In this document: piece after piece, positions 1 through 13,141 of the stretch
Layout: each line of letters begins with the position of its first letter
How positions within the stretch are numbered: the first letter of the stretch is position 1
Origin: Chrysomallon squamiferum
Taxonomy: Eukaryota > Animalia > Mollusca
Length of the DNA: 64,000 nt
Assembly: GCA_012295275.1 (NCBI GenBank)
Contig: CM022673.1
Span: forward strand, 28,954,001-29,018,000
Reading direction: 5' to 3'
Notes under the pieces: model-generated
What the model saw: only the letters and a program-made list of their open reading frames with translations
Told to the model about the DNA's origin: nothing
Databases searched by the model: none
Position numbers and translations under genes: made by a program

Positions 1-1149
1 CTTAAAGAGAGGAGGGATTACTTCTTTGTGTTTGAGGAAGACAAACAGGCGTGGGTCCAAACTGAACGTTGGAGGGAATCTGGAATCCACTTCCCCACGA
101 TAACCAGATTTCTTCATCCTTGTTTTAAAATACTTTTCCAGCTTTTCCCGAAATACACGAGATCACTCACCTTTCCATCTCGCTGAGTTCGTCATTTCTC
201 TGATTTGTAAACCTTCAGCAGTAGGTATTGTCCTGAACCCATTTCTAGATCCCTAGAAAAAGGATAGAGCCTCTCTTGAGTAAGTATATATATATATAAA
301 AACATACAGCTATGTGAGGAAAAAATAGCAATAATCTGATCGATTTGTAAGTTAACTTATTATTATTATTTAGGTTACCAGGTGCGCCTCCGGTAATTGG
401 AGGGATTTAACAAGTCAGACGGTACTTTTCATCTTTTTATCTTTTCGTCGATGAATTGTAAGTTATTGGCGATTACTGTTAAGTTCTCTCTGCATGACAA
501 AATCGTATTTACCAGACAGTAATGAAACATATTGCCTGAAAGACGTTTCCTAATTTAGCAATTTTGTCGTAGGAAAATAATGTCTTTTGGGTTTCGGAAG
601 TAGAAATATGATCTGTGAAAAAACTGTAATATGAGTGTATAGCAGCATCAGTAAGAAATGTTTAGACACACACAGACACACACACACACACAGCTATTTC
701 AGGGCTTATGAAATGTTTGATCTAATAAATATAGAAGTTAGAACAGCTTTTACATAAAAAAGCTGTCAAGGTTTTCTTTGTTTTGTTGTTTCTTTCTTGC
801 CATGATCAGCTCGTGGTCAGAAAATCACATTATCGGCAAAGAATTTTCTCCTCTTCTACACTTTTTTTTTTTTTTTTGTGAACTTCTTCAAGCCTACAGG
901 AATGTATTGTCTCCAAAGTCGAGAAATAATTGAAAAGAAAAAGGTGTAGCAAAGTAGACTTTCAGTGTCATTGCGACCTGGCAACTGTTTTGAAACGAGG
1001 ATTTAAAGCATTTCGAATTTATTTCTTCTCTTTCGGAGGGAAGACTAACTAAAAGCCTTTTATAAACTGGTATGAATCTCTGACTATCTGACTGGTATGG
1101 GAAACAGCCTTAAAGTCTCACTATAAATCATTGACCACTTAAACCAATA

Positions 1150-1430
1150 CCTCTTACAGGAACTGTATAAGAAGTTATCAACTCTTATCTTTCACAAAGC
1201 AGGACAGCGCATACCACAATCGAAGAGGAAAGAGTTGTTGAACAATGTCGAGTATGCTGTAGAAGGTGTATGACAATCAAATACAGATTCTGGGTGACCT
1301 TTGCATTCAGTGGACAAGGTGACGAGAAAACACGCAATAGCTAGATTTGAATTTTGAGAAAAACAAAATGAAGGATCCGTGGCAGAGGAAAATTAAATTG
1401 AATTAAGTCTGGAAATGCTAAAACTGATTT
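1150..1430 (+). mobile_element. Possible highly decayed LINE endonuclease (APE) fragment
   Basis: Broken frames give QIQILGDL... and VDKVTRKHAIARFEF*EKQNEG, reminiscent of the IILGDFNA...IGRFGxGExNExG block of RTE-type endonucleases. There are several stops and frameshifts. Confidence 0.25.
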
Positions 1431-3869
1431 GTCAACGTGAGATAACAATGAGTAACACGAACTAACAGAGAAATCAATAAATACATTCTTAAATCAGAAA
1501 ACTGTTTGACAGGACCGAGAAACAAATCTTCGTTTTCTTCAGAGCCTTTCAACTCATCAGAGAAACATTAATTTAATTAGTCAGTCTCTTTCAGGAAACT
1601 GAATTAAAGTTTGATCAAATCACGATATTTATTAATTAACAACAAAAAAAAAAAAAAATAATAATAAATAAAAACTTAAACAATTTAAAAAATAAAGCAA
1701 TTTCTAAACTATGTGTTCTTAATTTGAACATTCGTATTCATTAGTTTTGTCGTATGTTTCTGTACCTGTGTGTGTGTGGGGGGGAGAGGTTTTGTGGGGG
1801 GTTTGTTAAATTTAAAATAAGATAGACTTACATATAACACTCAAATTATCAGTGTCTCTTTATCAATCACTCTCCATCTCTCACCCCCCCCTCCGGTTAG
1901 TCTATTCTGTCCCGCTCTCTATAAAATATATTACAGATCATCCATCTTCTCTTTTTCTCTCTCTTTTTTTCCACTCTGACGGACGTTTTTATTTAACGTT
2001 TCAAGGCGTAAATTACACACGCAGGGGAAAACTTAATTCATCTATACTGCTGTCAGACGTAATTTGGCATACTACTCGTTTTTCGCCTGATTTGTGGACG
2101 TAATGTGTTTATAATTTTGAAGCGCGTCACCTTCTACTGCAGAGCTTTTCTGTAACTCGTAATTTCGCAGGCAGCGGGCAGTAACGTAGCCGTAACGACA
2201 CAATTTCCGATGAACGCAACATCCATCCGCATGTTGACCATGTCTTCATTTTCTTTCATCATTTAATCCTGCGCAGTCGTCAGCTGCTACCATTCATGAG
2301 ATCAGTCGAACACGATTTTCTGGGTAAATCTGAGGATGTGTAGAAAAGTGTTGTGTGGAAATTTGATTACTGTCGTTGATAGATGATTTCAACTGTGTCT
2401 TGTTGTTGTGTACATGTCCATGCAGTTTCCCTGTAACGTGGCCGAGGTCGGTTTGTTTATAGCTGGGCAGTGAATTCATCATCGCACCGTGATCACGTTA
2501 ATTATCTCGCTTGACAAAACCTAGCGACTTTTTAAACACGTTCGTACAGCTCCATGTGGTGGTGTGTTTTCTAAAGGAGAAAAACATGGCTACATTTAAT
2601 ATTTCACGTATAAGTTGATTTCGTGTATTTTACTTTGTTACTGCTAGCTCACGTGTCTAAATTCTAAAACTTAGCCATTCTGAGTGCACTTTGTCGTTGT
2701 TTCAGCCTTACATTTTTCGTCGAAGAAACCTAATCTGCTGGAAATTAATATGAAATATCCTTTAATCTTTAGAGTAACCCACAGAATGGCAGTTGCAGTT
2801 TTCCTGTCTCACTATGATTGAAATATAACGAGCGTTAATTTTGAGGTCCACCTAGCCTTCATTTCATTCCATTTTTAATCTGAATTAATTTCTTTGATCT
2901 CTTAAACACAAACACACAAAAATAAAAAAAAAAAAAATCCAGCAAGAAACAAACAAACGTAAAAAAAAATCTGTATGAATCAACTGAAATTTTAACTATT
3001 AATACCAATACTAATGTAATTTAGTTTAAATTTACGAATAAAAAGTTTACTAGTGATAAGTTATATTTATCTTTGACTCAGCTTCCCCCGACACGGTACC
3101 TAGAATAGATGCTTAAAAATTCCCTAAAGTTTAATTTCTTTTCCATGGTATCGATCATGAAAGTAATCAGAGACGCACACACACACACACACGCGCTGTG
3201 AGCGAACCAGTTTGTCCAGGGTTAAGACACTGATACTCCAAGTTCCCCAACTTAACATTCAACCTGCTATTTTCCTGCCCGAACTTGACCAAATCACGCA
3301 GGGAAAAAGTAACGAATTAATCACCCACAGTCTGTTTTGTGTTTGAGTGACTGCACGTGTTACTGAGTCAATATCGTACAGTTTATTTAATACTTTGTTT
3401 CAAGGATCTCATTTCCAGCCGCGAACGCACTGACTAACTTCTTCCTTTACCCCGCTAATCATGACTTTCTCGCCGCGTGACTAATCTGAGAAGTAATAAT
3501 CCGCTAAGCCGATCATAAAGTACCAAGCTGCCTTTGGCAGAGCGAGCGCTGGATCAGTGAATCTGGAGTCATCCAGTAAGTTGACATGCACGACGTAATC
3601 ATCTTCTACGTAATGACTTGTCCCACAGTTTAACTTTCCTCTTTCTTGTATCTTATCCCCGGTTAACGTTGTTGTGTTTTTATGGTTATTCATTTCAGTT
3701 TAGAAAATAGAAAATACAGTAAATTTAATGACCTATATTAAAGCATAATAAAATAATAAAGATGGAAAATAAAAAAATAAAGGACACTTCCGTATTTACA
3801 AATGTGTGTGTATCGGAGGGTATTTGTTTAGTATTAAAGGAAATATCACAGTTAATTACTGCAGTGAAC

Positions 3870-3900
<31 letters not shown>

Positions 3901-4731
3901 ATTGGATGTATGTGTATATGTCTTCGTTGTGATTGATAACGCAGATAACGCGTACTCCTATCAATCATTGTCTTATTTTATGTTTACCAGTCATACTAAG
4001 TTTATAGTAATAAAATCTCTATGAAATTACGGTTTCATGATCCATTCCCACTAATATACCCGAAGCAACAGCATTTCTGAGATTCCAATCATAGCGGTAA
4101 TTTAAATATGTATTTTTCTTTCCTCGGTTCAGTTTATCGTAGCCTTTCTGTCAAAGAGATGGTTCAGGAGTGATTCTGTAAAGAGGATGTAAACTCGGAC
4201 ATCTCGTGCTAAGATCTGATCTTGTTTTCTGACGAGCTACTTCCCGTGGTTATGTTCAACATTAATTTTGCCCGCCTGACCAGACAGGCTTTCCTTTTGC
4301 AGTATTTCCTGATAACGTGTTATTAATTACTTGATAAGAAATCGATAGGAAGATTTATCGCGACAGAAGTGTCTTGCTTCGTACTACTAACAATTTCGAT
4401 TGTGAGTTCGAAAAGAAAACGACTGCACGGTACTTGTAACAAGTCCGATCACTGGAGGACGTTTAGGTTATTTCTCTCTCCAGTCTCTGTCCCAAGGATG
4501 AGGTGATAATAAAAAATAAATAAAGTATCGTGGTGTGTTTGTGTGTGGAGATATGTAGTGAGAATGGTGCTTACAGAAAAGATAACGTTTATTTACTGTC
4601 AATCAGCAGAAGCACCAAAGAAGCAATAGTCAGAAATTTGTTTTCGAGATGAAATATACTGAAATATATTTTGGTCGTTTTAAGTTGTTGTTATAAAACA
4701 TCATAATTTCTCTCCTTGTTTTTTTTTCTTA

Positions 4732-4767
<36 letters not shown>

Positions 4768-6017
4768 ATTTTTTTCATGAAAGCAATAATTATCTTAGTG
4801 ACAATATTCTTCGTTTTTTCGCTTTCATTACAGTTATAACATATGTTTTCCTACGGATTATTCACCTTTTAAATTTATTCGGTATTTATTATCTGAAATT
4901 TCAGAGAAACTGCGACATATTTAACGTATTATTTATTCTAAATGTTAACTTTTAGATCAATGAATTCCTGAACGAATTGAAGACGCCTTGTCGATTTTAC
5001 AAGAATTTTAACTTCTGATGATAGAAACGTAGACATTATAATTGTATTTTTTGTTTATTCGATTAGGAAGAAGGGTCATTATTTCTGCTTCCAATCTGTG
5101 AAATTACCTGAAGACTACAAATTACCCACATAACAAATTTGTACACAACTTCCTAATGGACACTTCGTTATATCGAGCGGTTAGATTTGCGGTTAATTAG
5201 GGGACGAATAAGTCAAGTTACGTAGCCCAACAAATGTCAAACTGACGTCGTTGAGGCGACTCGTCAGATAACGACCCCGAGCACGACGTCGATGATGATG
5301 ACGATACAAACACATGATGATAAGGTCGCCATGATGGTTCCGGTTACTCTGACAGGTGATGACGTATTGTCGTGCTTTTCTTTTGAACGTACGTTTCACA
5401 CTTTGTGGTTTCGCTTGCTCTGGTGAAAAACCTGTTTCCACGTTTCCTTCCGAATGTCTGGGATGCCTCGGATTAGCGTCTCTGGGTGTCAGTCCGCAGA
5501 CAGATGTGTTCAACTTACGTGCATTTATCCTCAACGCTTGCTTCTCTCCAAGGAGCAAGTGTTTATTCGCTTCATGTCGTAATTACCCCTTCATGCGTGC
5601 CGGATCTCCAGGGGATGTCAGTCGTGCTGTTCACTCTTCTCGAAACTTGTTTTAAAAACTCAGATAAACAAACACAAAAGACTTTCCAGGATCATCAGAT
5701 AACGACGTTTACGTCCCTTGTGGCTGGTGTAAACTTAAAATTGCCTCTTTTTTGTTTTTTTAGCACCGTTGAAACCGCACTGAGGCTTTGTTTGGTAGAT
5801 TCTTGCAGCCAGTTTATTATCTGTAACACGTTAGAGGGTTCAGAAAATGTAAACGTGATTGCACTGTTTTAGAATTTCTTTTTTTTTCAGTTGTAAATAA
5901 CACAAAAATTTTGTTCAAGAGAGAAACGTCGTTTATTTTATGTTCTGTTTATGATTTTTGGGGGAAAATTTTAGTTTTTGTTTTGTTTTGTTTTTTTACT
6001 TATGATTATTGTTTTGG

Positions 6018-6060
<43 letters not shown>

Positions 6061-6131
6061 GATTAAATAAGCTAGTGGTTACAAAAAAGAAAGGATGCCC
6101 AAATCCGATTATTTATAACACACACTCGCAC

Positions 6132-6174
<43 letters not shown>

Positions 6175-6949
6175 ATATAAAGACCAGAGCACTTAGTGTT
6201 CTGCCATATCATAAACTTCATTACGTAATGTTAAAACTTCGTACCTAATCCCCTTTTACATCGTTTCGGATTAACTTTGTTTCGCTCAGTTGACTCAAAA
6301 TATTACGAACAAAGTCTTGTGACAATAAAGCTGAAATGCAGAAGCTTTACTTCACTTGCCAACCATTCAGAAAACGAAGGTAATTGTCATTATTGTTGAC
6401 AGTAATTCAACAAACACAACTCGTCAGAATGCAAGATATGTCAGATTAGTGGTTCTTCACAAAAAGAGGATAAATCTAATTATCTAAACGCTCTTAATTC
6501 TCCTTGATTTTAAAGATTTGCGTGTTGTTCGTAATTTGGCTGTTGATGTACTGAAATTAATGTTATTAGGTTTGTTATTTAAAAAAAAAAAAAAATTGAT
6601 ACAGTTTAGGTGTGTTCGTGTTTGTCGGTTATTCATTTATAAAAGACAAATAGACATAAATGAAATAACATACATTTATTTTTATATATCGTCCGTATAT
6701 GCATTAACACAGACACACAAACGCACACGTACACACGTGTATATACATGTCTACACACACGTAAACACACATATACACATGTATGTATATATAAACACAT
6801 ACAAACATGCGTACAGACGCAAATGCCTCACACCGAAATCGACGATTATATTTTAAAACTATAAAGTTTAAATCTCTATTCCGTTGGTGAATAACTGACT
6901 TCAACGACCTCAGTTTTTGCCAGATTTCAAAAAGAGTCTAGTTATGGCC

Positions 6950-7002
<53 letters not shown>

Positions 7003-7213
7003 CTTACACAGACAAACATTTTGTGATTCATACTGATAAAAGTTAAATTGTAGAAGTTCTTGAACATGTGCAGACATTCATCCATACAAACGAAAACGCG
7101 CACATTGAGCTGTACAAAAACACACGCCTGTGTACATACTCATACACATCGGTTTTTTATTTACTTTCTATGCCTGCACATGTTTGCTTACATCACACAT
7201 ATATATATATACT

Positions 7214-7267
<54 letters not shown>

Positions 7268-7269
7268 TC

Positions 7270-7451
7270 TATAATAAAAATACCAGACTACAGTGATTTA
7301 ATTAACTTATAAATATATATACAGACACAAATTTATTAGAACAGTAATATATTACTGTATTATAATAAAAAACCCAGACTACAGTGATTTAATTAACTTA
7401 TAAATATATATACAGACAAATTTATTAGAACAGTAATATATTACTGTATTA
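7270..7451. repeat. Tandem duplication, 2 x ~92 bp
   Basis: ATAATAAAAA..CCAGACTACAGTGATTTAATTAACTTATAAATATATATACAGAC..AAATTTATTAGAACAGTAATATATTACTGTATT occurs twice, directly after a (CA)n tract. Confidence 0.9.
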
Positions 7452-9756
7452 CACTCTCGTGTTCTTGGTGCAAAAGCTTTAATTTGTATTTGTCAAAGAC
7501 TCAGTAACGGAAGACATTGCAACTTTCCTTTAAACTATTCTTGTTTTTAATCCAGTAATGGCGAAATGTTGTTTTATTTGCTTTCCCAGTCACGCTACAT
7601 CAGAAATTTCCCATAATTTAATGAAAAATTCTGATGCCATCAACTGAATGACATTTAATGAACAGGTGAAAAAAAAAAAAGAAGGTACAATTTTGAAAAA
7701 TTAAAAACGCAGAGAAAAAGAAACTGATTACCAGAATGGTTGTTTACAGTGTTTATGTGTGTATATTTGGTACATTTCATTACTTAAATGGTATTTTCGC
7801 GTGTCACGAACTCTACTCCACATTTCCTGGTTTAATGTAATTACAAATATTTAAATGTAATATTATTTTCATGATGAACCGTGACATATATCTATATATA
7901 TATATATCGATTCCTGCATACGAGCGATGTGAACAACATGTTGTTATGTTCTTGTTGTCAGTGACGAATCAAAATCAGTGTGATGTGGCTGATTACTGAT
8001 CTTTGTGATGTTTTGTAATAACTGTTTAAAACAACGAAAATATTTCAGTAGATTTCTAACCGAAAACAAATGTCTGACTACTGTCCCTTTGGTTACTTCA
8101 GTAAGTTAACAAATAAAAGTATTTCCACCATATGAATCCTCACACAAAAACACCTCGATTCTTTTATATATATATTTTTTTAATTACTTCAGACTTGTGG
8201 TACTGACTGGAACGAGAATTAACCTTAATGATCAATGACAAAAACTGTGTGTTATTTTTTTGAAAGATGCATGCAGAGGATTTCCTGTTTCCTACTGATT
8301 AAAATGGTTATTATCCGAAACTCCATTTATATTTTATAACGGTTCATATTAAGACCGAGTGGAAAATATTGTTAAACAAATAAACGATTCATTCAGTAAT
8401 TCTTCAAACATTTACCTCTATCCGAATAAACAAGGAGATTAAAGTGTTTGCACCAAAAGCACCATTGTCTAATACAATAATTCATCGTCTGAATATATTT
8501 GATTATCACGCCCTATTCCCCTATCGCTCGACTCAAACAAGTAGCATTTCTACAAACACCGTCCGACTTTTCCTCGTAATAAAATAAAAACGGCAGCGGT
8601 CAGTTTCTTCTGAAGCTGCTGTCATAAAAGAGAGTGACTGTAATCCAAATATTCACATAAACTTAATCAACAGCACACAATGGGGCTGTCTACAAGATGA
8701 AGAAGAGTCGTGGGCCTGATACGATATCGCTTTTGATTAAGGTGGAGAAGTAAAACAGCAGAGCCACGATGGCGCTACGTGTTTTACTGAATTGTAGAAA
8801 CAGAGGCCGACCCAATCGTTCTCGGACAACCTATAAAACCAAACGAGATAAGCTGGAGGATCTAAACGATTCTTCTTTTTATTTGTGTTTTTGGTTAATA
8901 TTTGGCTGTGCCACCATATCTCTACGCTTTTGTACTGATGTGAGGTGTCGTAATGTTAAATTATTGCTTGCGAGAAACGAAAAGATTAAACGAGGGTTTG
9001 GGATCTGTACCGACTAGTATAGATAGACTCGTACATTACGATCGTTGTTTATTGGTAGTGACTAAGAACATTGTGTAAATTAATAGTTTACGAAGATGGG
9101 GAAAAGAAGAAATATTTCCAGTGTTACTGAAATAAAATATTGTTTATTCCATCTGTTATTCTTATGTAGTTTTTCACTCTGCAAACTTGAAGAAACCAAT
9201 TCACGTTTACTTACATTGATCCGCAGCCCAAAATATTTTGTAATACGTTCTCATTACAAACTACAATATAAAACTGAAATATATATATATATATATATAT
9301 ATCTACAGATAGATACATAGATACATAGATTGATAGATAGATATTTTAACGTAATGTTGTCGACTATTTCTTGCATTTTGTTCTCAGGTTTGAAAGAAAA
9401 TGATATTTATAAAACGACAATGATGTTGATAATAACAATAATAACAATTACAATAGCAGCAGCGGCAGCAACAACAACAATAGTAATAAACAAGAAGAAG
9501 AAGAAAACACTAAGGCATCTTTTACATAGCGGTATATTGTGAAGACTTGTTATCATTCTACAAGTCCTTGAAATCGTATTATTTATACATCATTATATTT
9601 CTTCTAACAGATTTTCTCTTTCTCAATACATCTGTCAGACAGAAAGTCTTTTGTTATTAATAATCGTAATTAGTTTTATAAATAGATACCATAATATATG
9701 TTATTCGAAATAAATAAAAAGTTTTCTTTTTGTGTGTTTTCTTTTTTTCTCTCCAT

Positions 9757-9866
<110 letters not shown>

Positions 9867-9931
9867 CGTAACGTTTTATATGGAATAAAGATTAATAAAT
9901 TTGATCTTAGCCACATTTTCATATATATATA

Positions 9932-10035
9932 TATTTATTTATTTTTAATTTAGTTAATGTTTCCGTATAATTATATATATATATATATATATATAATTAT
10001 ATGGAAACATTAACTAAATTAAAAATAAATAAATA
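9932..10035. repeat. 104-bp near-perfect palindrome centred on (TA)n
   Basis: Arms TATTTATTTATTTTTAATTTAGTTAATGTTTCCGTATAATT and AATTATATGGAAACATTAACTAAATTAAAAATAAATAAATA, with one mismatch (9965/10002). Confidence 0.9.
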
Positions 10036-10404
10036 AATAGATAACAAAACACGACACATTCTGAGTTTTTATTACAATATCCTGAAGAAAAAAAAATAAC
10101 CAAGGATAATAAAATAATATAATAAAATACTTTGTTGTCAGGAGTTGCGAACTTTCTACACGGCTTCAAAAGACATAAACTTTTGAAATGGCACAGAATA
10201 ATCTTCTTTTTATTTCTGATTTATGTCACTGACACCACGCGATATTTCTGCAAGTAAATACTTAAAATTTACGATTCTATTTAAGATTTTTTTTTCAGTA
10301 TAACAGAAGAATATCGCTACCTTCATAATGCTGGAACTATGGACCAGAAATTCATTATTCATCGTTTGTAATATGTATTAACATTTTGTTTTCCACTCTT
10401 TCAG

Positions 10405-10554
10405 ATGATTCCTTGAAATGTTACGTGTGCGACAGTGCCACAAACCGTGCCTGTGGACCAGTGTTCAAATACTACCAGTTCACTGCGAAAGAATGTAGAA
10501 TGGAAAACGCCAAATGCGGAAAGCAGATTCAGCCGCCAATGATCGACAAAAAAG
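10405..10554 (+). CDS. Ly6/uPAR three-finger protein (Quiver/Sleepless-like), internal coding exon
   Basis: Acceptor ttccactctttcag|ATGATTCC and donor AAAG|gtaaaa. The 150-nt phase 1-1 exon encodes DDSLKCYVCDSATNRACGPVFKYYQFTAKECRMENAKCGKQIQPPMIDKK, with the LKCYxC start typical of LU/QVR domains. Confidence 0.9.
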
Positions 10555-10567
10555 GTAAAAAAAAAAA

Positions 10568-11047
10568 TACGTGGATTCCTCGAGTTAATCGGAGATCCAT
10601 TCGATGCAAGTCAGAATTACCATAGCCTAAGTCACTTACCTAAAACACACTAAAATCGTATGTATATATAAAGAAATAGAACTAGGCCTAGGAAAGGGAG
10701 AACATAATCATAGTACAGAAAAGTGACACAAATGAAACAAAACAAACAACACGAACACAAAAGCGACACAGCTGTGTAAACAAAGCACGAGGAACCCAAA
10801 GAGCTCGTGCTGCATCCCAAACAACGCCACAACACCCAAACAACGCCACAACACCCAAACAAACGCCGCGTAACGCAGTATCCTTCCGCCGCCTAACGCA
10901 GTATCCTTCCGCCGCGTTCACAAACAAGTTCGCCCGCAGTGTTTGAATTTTACATCGTGCTGCTTGGAAGTCGAATTTTGTATTTTTAAATTGGTTACGG
11001 GATTAGCGCCGTAAAGTGAAAACGGCGCCTGTCGAGGAGCCCGCGTG
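10568..11047. mobile_element. Putative non-autonomous element (MITE- or HINE-like) in the Ly6 intron
   Basis: GC-richer island bounded by imperfect inverted repeats: TACGTGGATTCCTCGA versus reverse complement CACGCGGGCTCCTCGA (12/16, all mismatches are transitions). TTAA lies on the right. It has internal 19-bp and 23-bp tandem repeats (10816-10915) and a GCGCCGT...ACGGCGC hairpin (11006-11028). Confidence 0.45.
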
Positions 11048-11224
11048 TTAAGTGCAGATTACACAGTGTGTTATACTGTGTTGTTTCTTGTCAACACCGA
11101 TTTGTTAGCAGGTGTGTAATCAAAGTGAGCGAAAAGTGAGAAAGAAGAAAAAAAAAGAAAGAAGCAAATAAAGACTAAGATATAATAAGAGAGAGAAACG
11201 ATATCGAGATGGAAAGAGAAAAAA

Positions 11225-11310
<86 letters not shown>

Positions 11311-11446
11311 CAGTTATATAAAATAACTTTCTTTAATAACATAGAAATAGTTCAAGTCCTCTTACATTCAGCTTTGGTTACGTGTAAACGTGTACTCAGT
11401 GCACTAAACGTTAATCTCTGCCAGGTTTGTTTTGTTTTGGTTGCAG

Positions 11447-11685
11447 GTGTGGAGTGGATCGGCATCATTCGGGCCTGCTACCAGCCTGGATCGCTGCCCA
11501 ACTTGAACGAATCGAACGGATGTCATAACTGGACCAACGCGGATAACTTCGATGCCACGTTTTGTTTTTGTGATACTGATGGATGCAATACAGCGCTTCG
11601 CCTCTCTCACGGGTGGACCTGTACCCTTGGCTGCATGCTAACAAGTGCTCTTATATTTGTGTGTATGATACACGTGTCCCCTTAG
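11447..11685 (+). CDS. Ly6/uPAR three-finger protein (Quiver/Sleepless-like), terminal coding exon with GPI-anchor-type tail
   Basis: Acceptor tttggttgcag|GTGTGG joins in frame to the previous exon. It encodes GVEWIGIIRACYQPGSLPNLNESNGCHNWTNADNFDATFCFCDTDGCN plus a hydrophobic tail, then TAG. The two exons give 10 domain cysteines ending in CxCxxDxCN. The signal-peptide exon was not identified. Confidence 0.9.
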
Positions 11686-11779
11686 ATTATCGCTCTGGAG
11701 AAAACGACTTTTAATTGCCATAGACTTTAATAATGGTTTAGAGATGATCGAAATAATAACAATATCAAATTAGTGCTAT

Positions 11780-11827
11780 TATAATTATAATTATAATTAT
11801 AATTATTATTATTACTATTATTATTAC

Positions 11828-11906
<79 letters not shown>
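11780..11906. repeat. (ATT)n microsatellite just downstream of the Ly6 stop (probable 3' UTR)
   Basis: Trinucleotide run about 100 nt after the stop codon. Confidence 0.95.
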
Positions 11907-12270
11907 TAATCAGTTAATTAATTAATTAATAATATTAATAATGAAACAAAAATAAAAATAAATGAATAATTAATAGTACATAAAATAAATAAAATGCACG
12001 CACGAACTTGTTCTATATTATTAAAAAGTATTTATTTAACAAACTGATTCGTTAGAAATATATTATCTTAAATAACAATAATTATGTAGGCAATAGTTTT
12101 CACAAAACTTTAATACAGCATAAATTAATTGTCTCAAAAATAATTCATAAAGAGCGAGTAATGTTCAAATTTGAAATATAATCTTTCGAATCTGTTTAGT
12201 TTAAGCGTAGAATTATTTATCACTGAATACAGTAAAGTTTCAAACATAATGCTATGTAGTATTTAAAAAT

Positions 12271-12315
<45 letters not shown>

Positions 12316-13135
12316 ACACACATACGTGGCAAATTTCATGCTTTATATCTCGAAAATTTTAGCTGATAAAAATATATAATAATATATCCTCAAGAAAACA
12401 TCAACAACAAATAAATAAATAAATAAATAAATAAACCTGAATTCATGTATATTAATGGGCAATAAATTTCTGAGATGTTCGTGACACGACTGTTTTCGTG
12501 CTGTTAAAGTCAAACTCGTCGATACACCTAGTAATCGTCAACGTTTTTACGTCTCTGAGAAATATGTCAGCGTTTGAAAATCGAGTCGATCTTCTTAGAC
12601 TAACGTCGTAATTTCGAAACGGTGATCACTGTGAAAACGTCCATTTATTTCTCTTACACCGAGATCACACCGACTGATTCAAACTGGGAGAAATCTTTTA
12701 AGCTGCTGACATTTTAACTTGACAAACGAGTTCAAATTAGATACTTTCATCCGCCATTTTGTTTGGCACGTGAGTCAAAAAACGCGATTCTCCGAGAATT
12801 GTTTCCGATGAACGAGAAAGATATTTCGTCTAGCTATGAGTTAAAAGTTAAAGAATACTTTTGGTGCAATTAGCAAATAGCATAAAGACGTTCGTATATG
12901 TTTTTAGTGCTTTACAAGTTTCTGGTAAAGAAATCTGGTAATAGAAAATGACAGCAAACTAGTTACAAAACATATTTATTTTCCACCTTTGTAATCTCGT
13001 CATTTCCTAGATCGTGGACTAATTACTGTTATAAATACCACGTAGAGTTGTCTAAAACAAATATTTTGTTCACAGTCGTTATTTTTTTTTTTCACTGTTT
13101 TTATACGTTATTATTAGCAAAGGCTGGTTGTTATG

Positions 13136-13141
13136 AATAAA
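13136..13141 (+). terminator. Candidate poly(A) signal of the Ly6/Quiver-like gene
   Basis: AATAAA followed about 35 nt later by a GT/T-rich stretch (tttgtttgtgt). Other AATAAA hexamers lie closer to the stop, so the assignment is uncertain. Confidence 0.25.

Noticed and set aside
1-260. Possible minus-strand exon (about 171-252, tttttctag|...AAAG|gtgagt) and open frames at the window edge
   Set aside because: The peptide (GSRNGFRTIPTAEGLQIREMTNSARWK) is not recognisable and no partner exons are visible. It is left uncalled.
3481-3693. 70-aa minus-strand ORF with protein-like composition
   Set aside because: There is no recognisable motif or supporting splice structure, and the length is within chance expectation.
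11209-11446. N-terminal part of the 158-aa ORF (MEREKIKERER...) as part of the Ly6 protein
   Set aside because: It is intronic read-through of a (GA)n tract; the real exon begins at the acceptor at 11447.
12751-12777. Cluster of YY1-like (CCGCCATTTT), E-box and AP-1 motifs
   Set aside because: These are short motifs with no associated exon or start-site evidence, and cannot be distinguished from chance.
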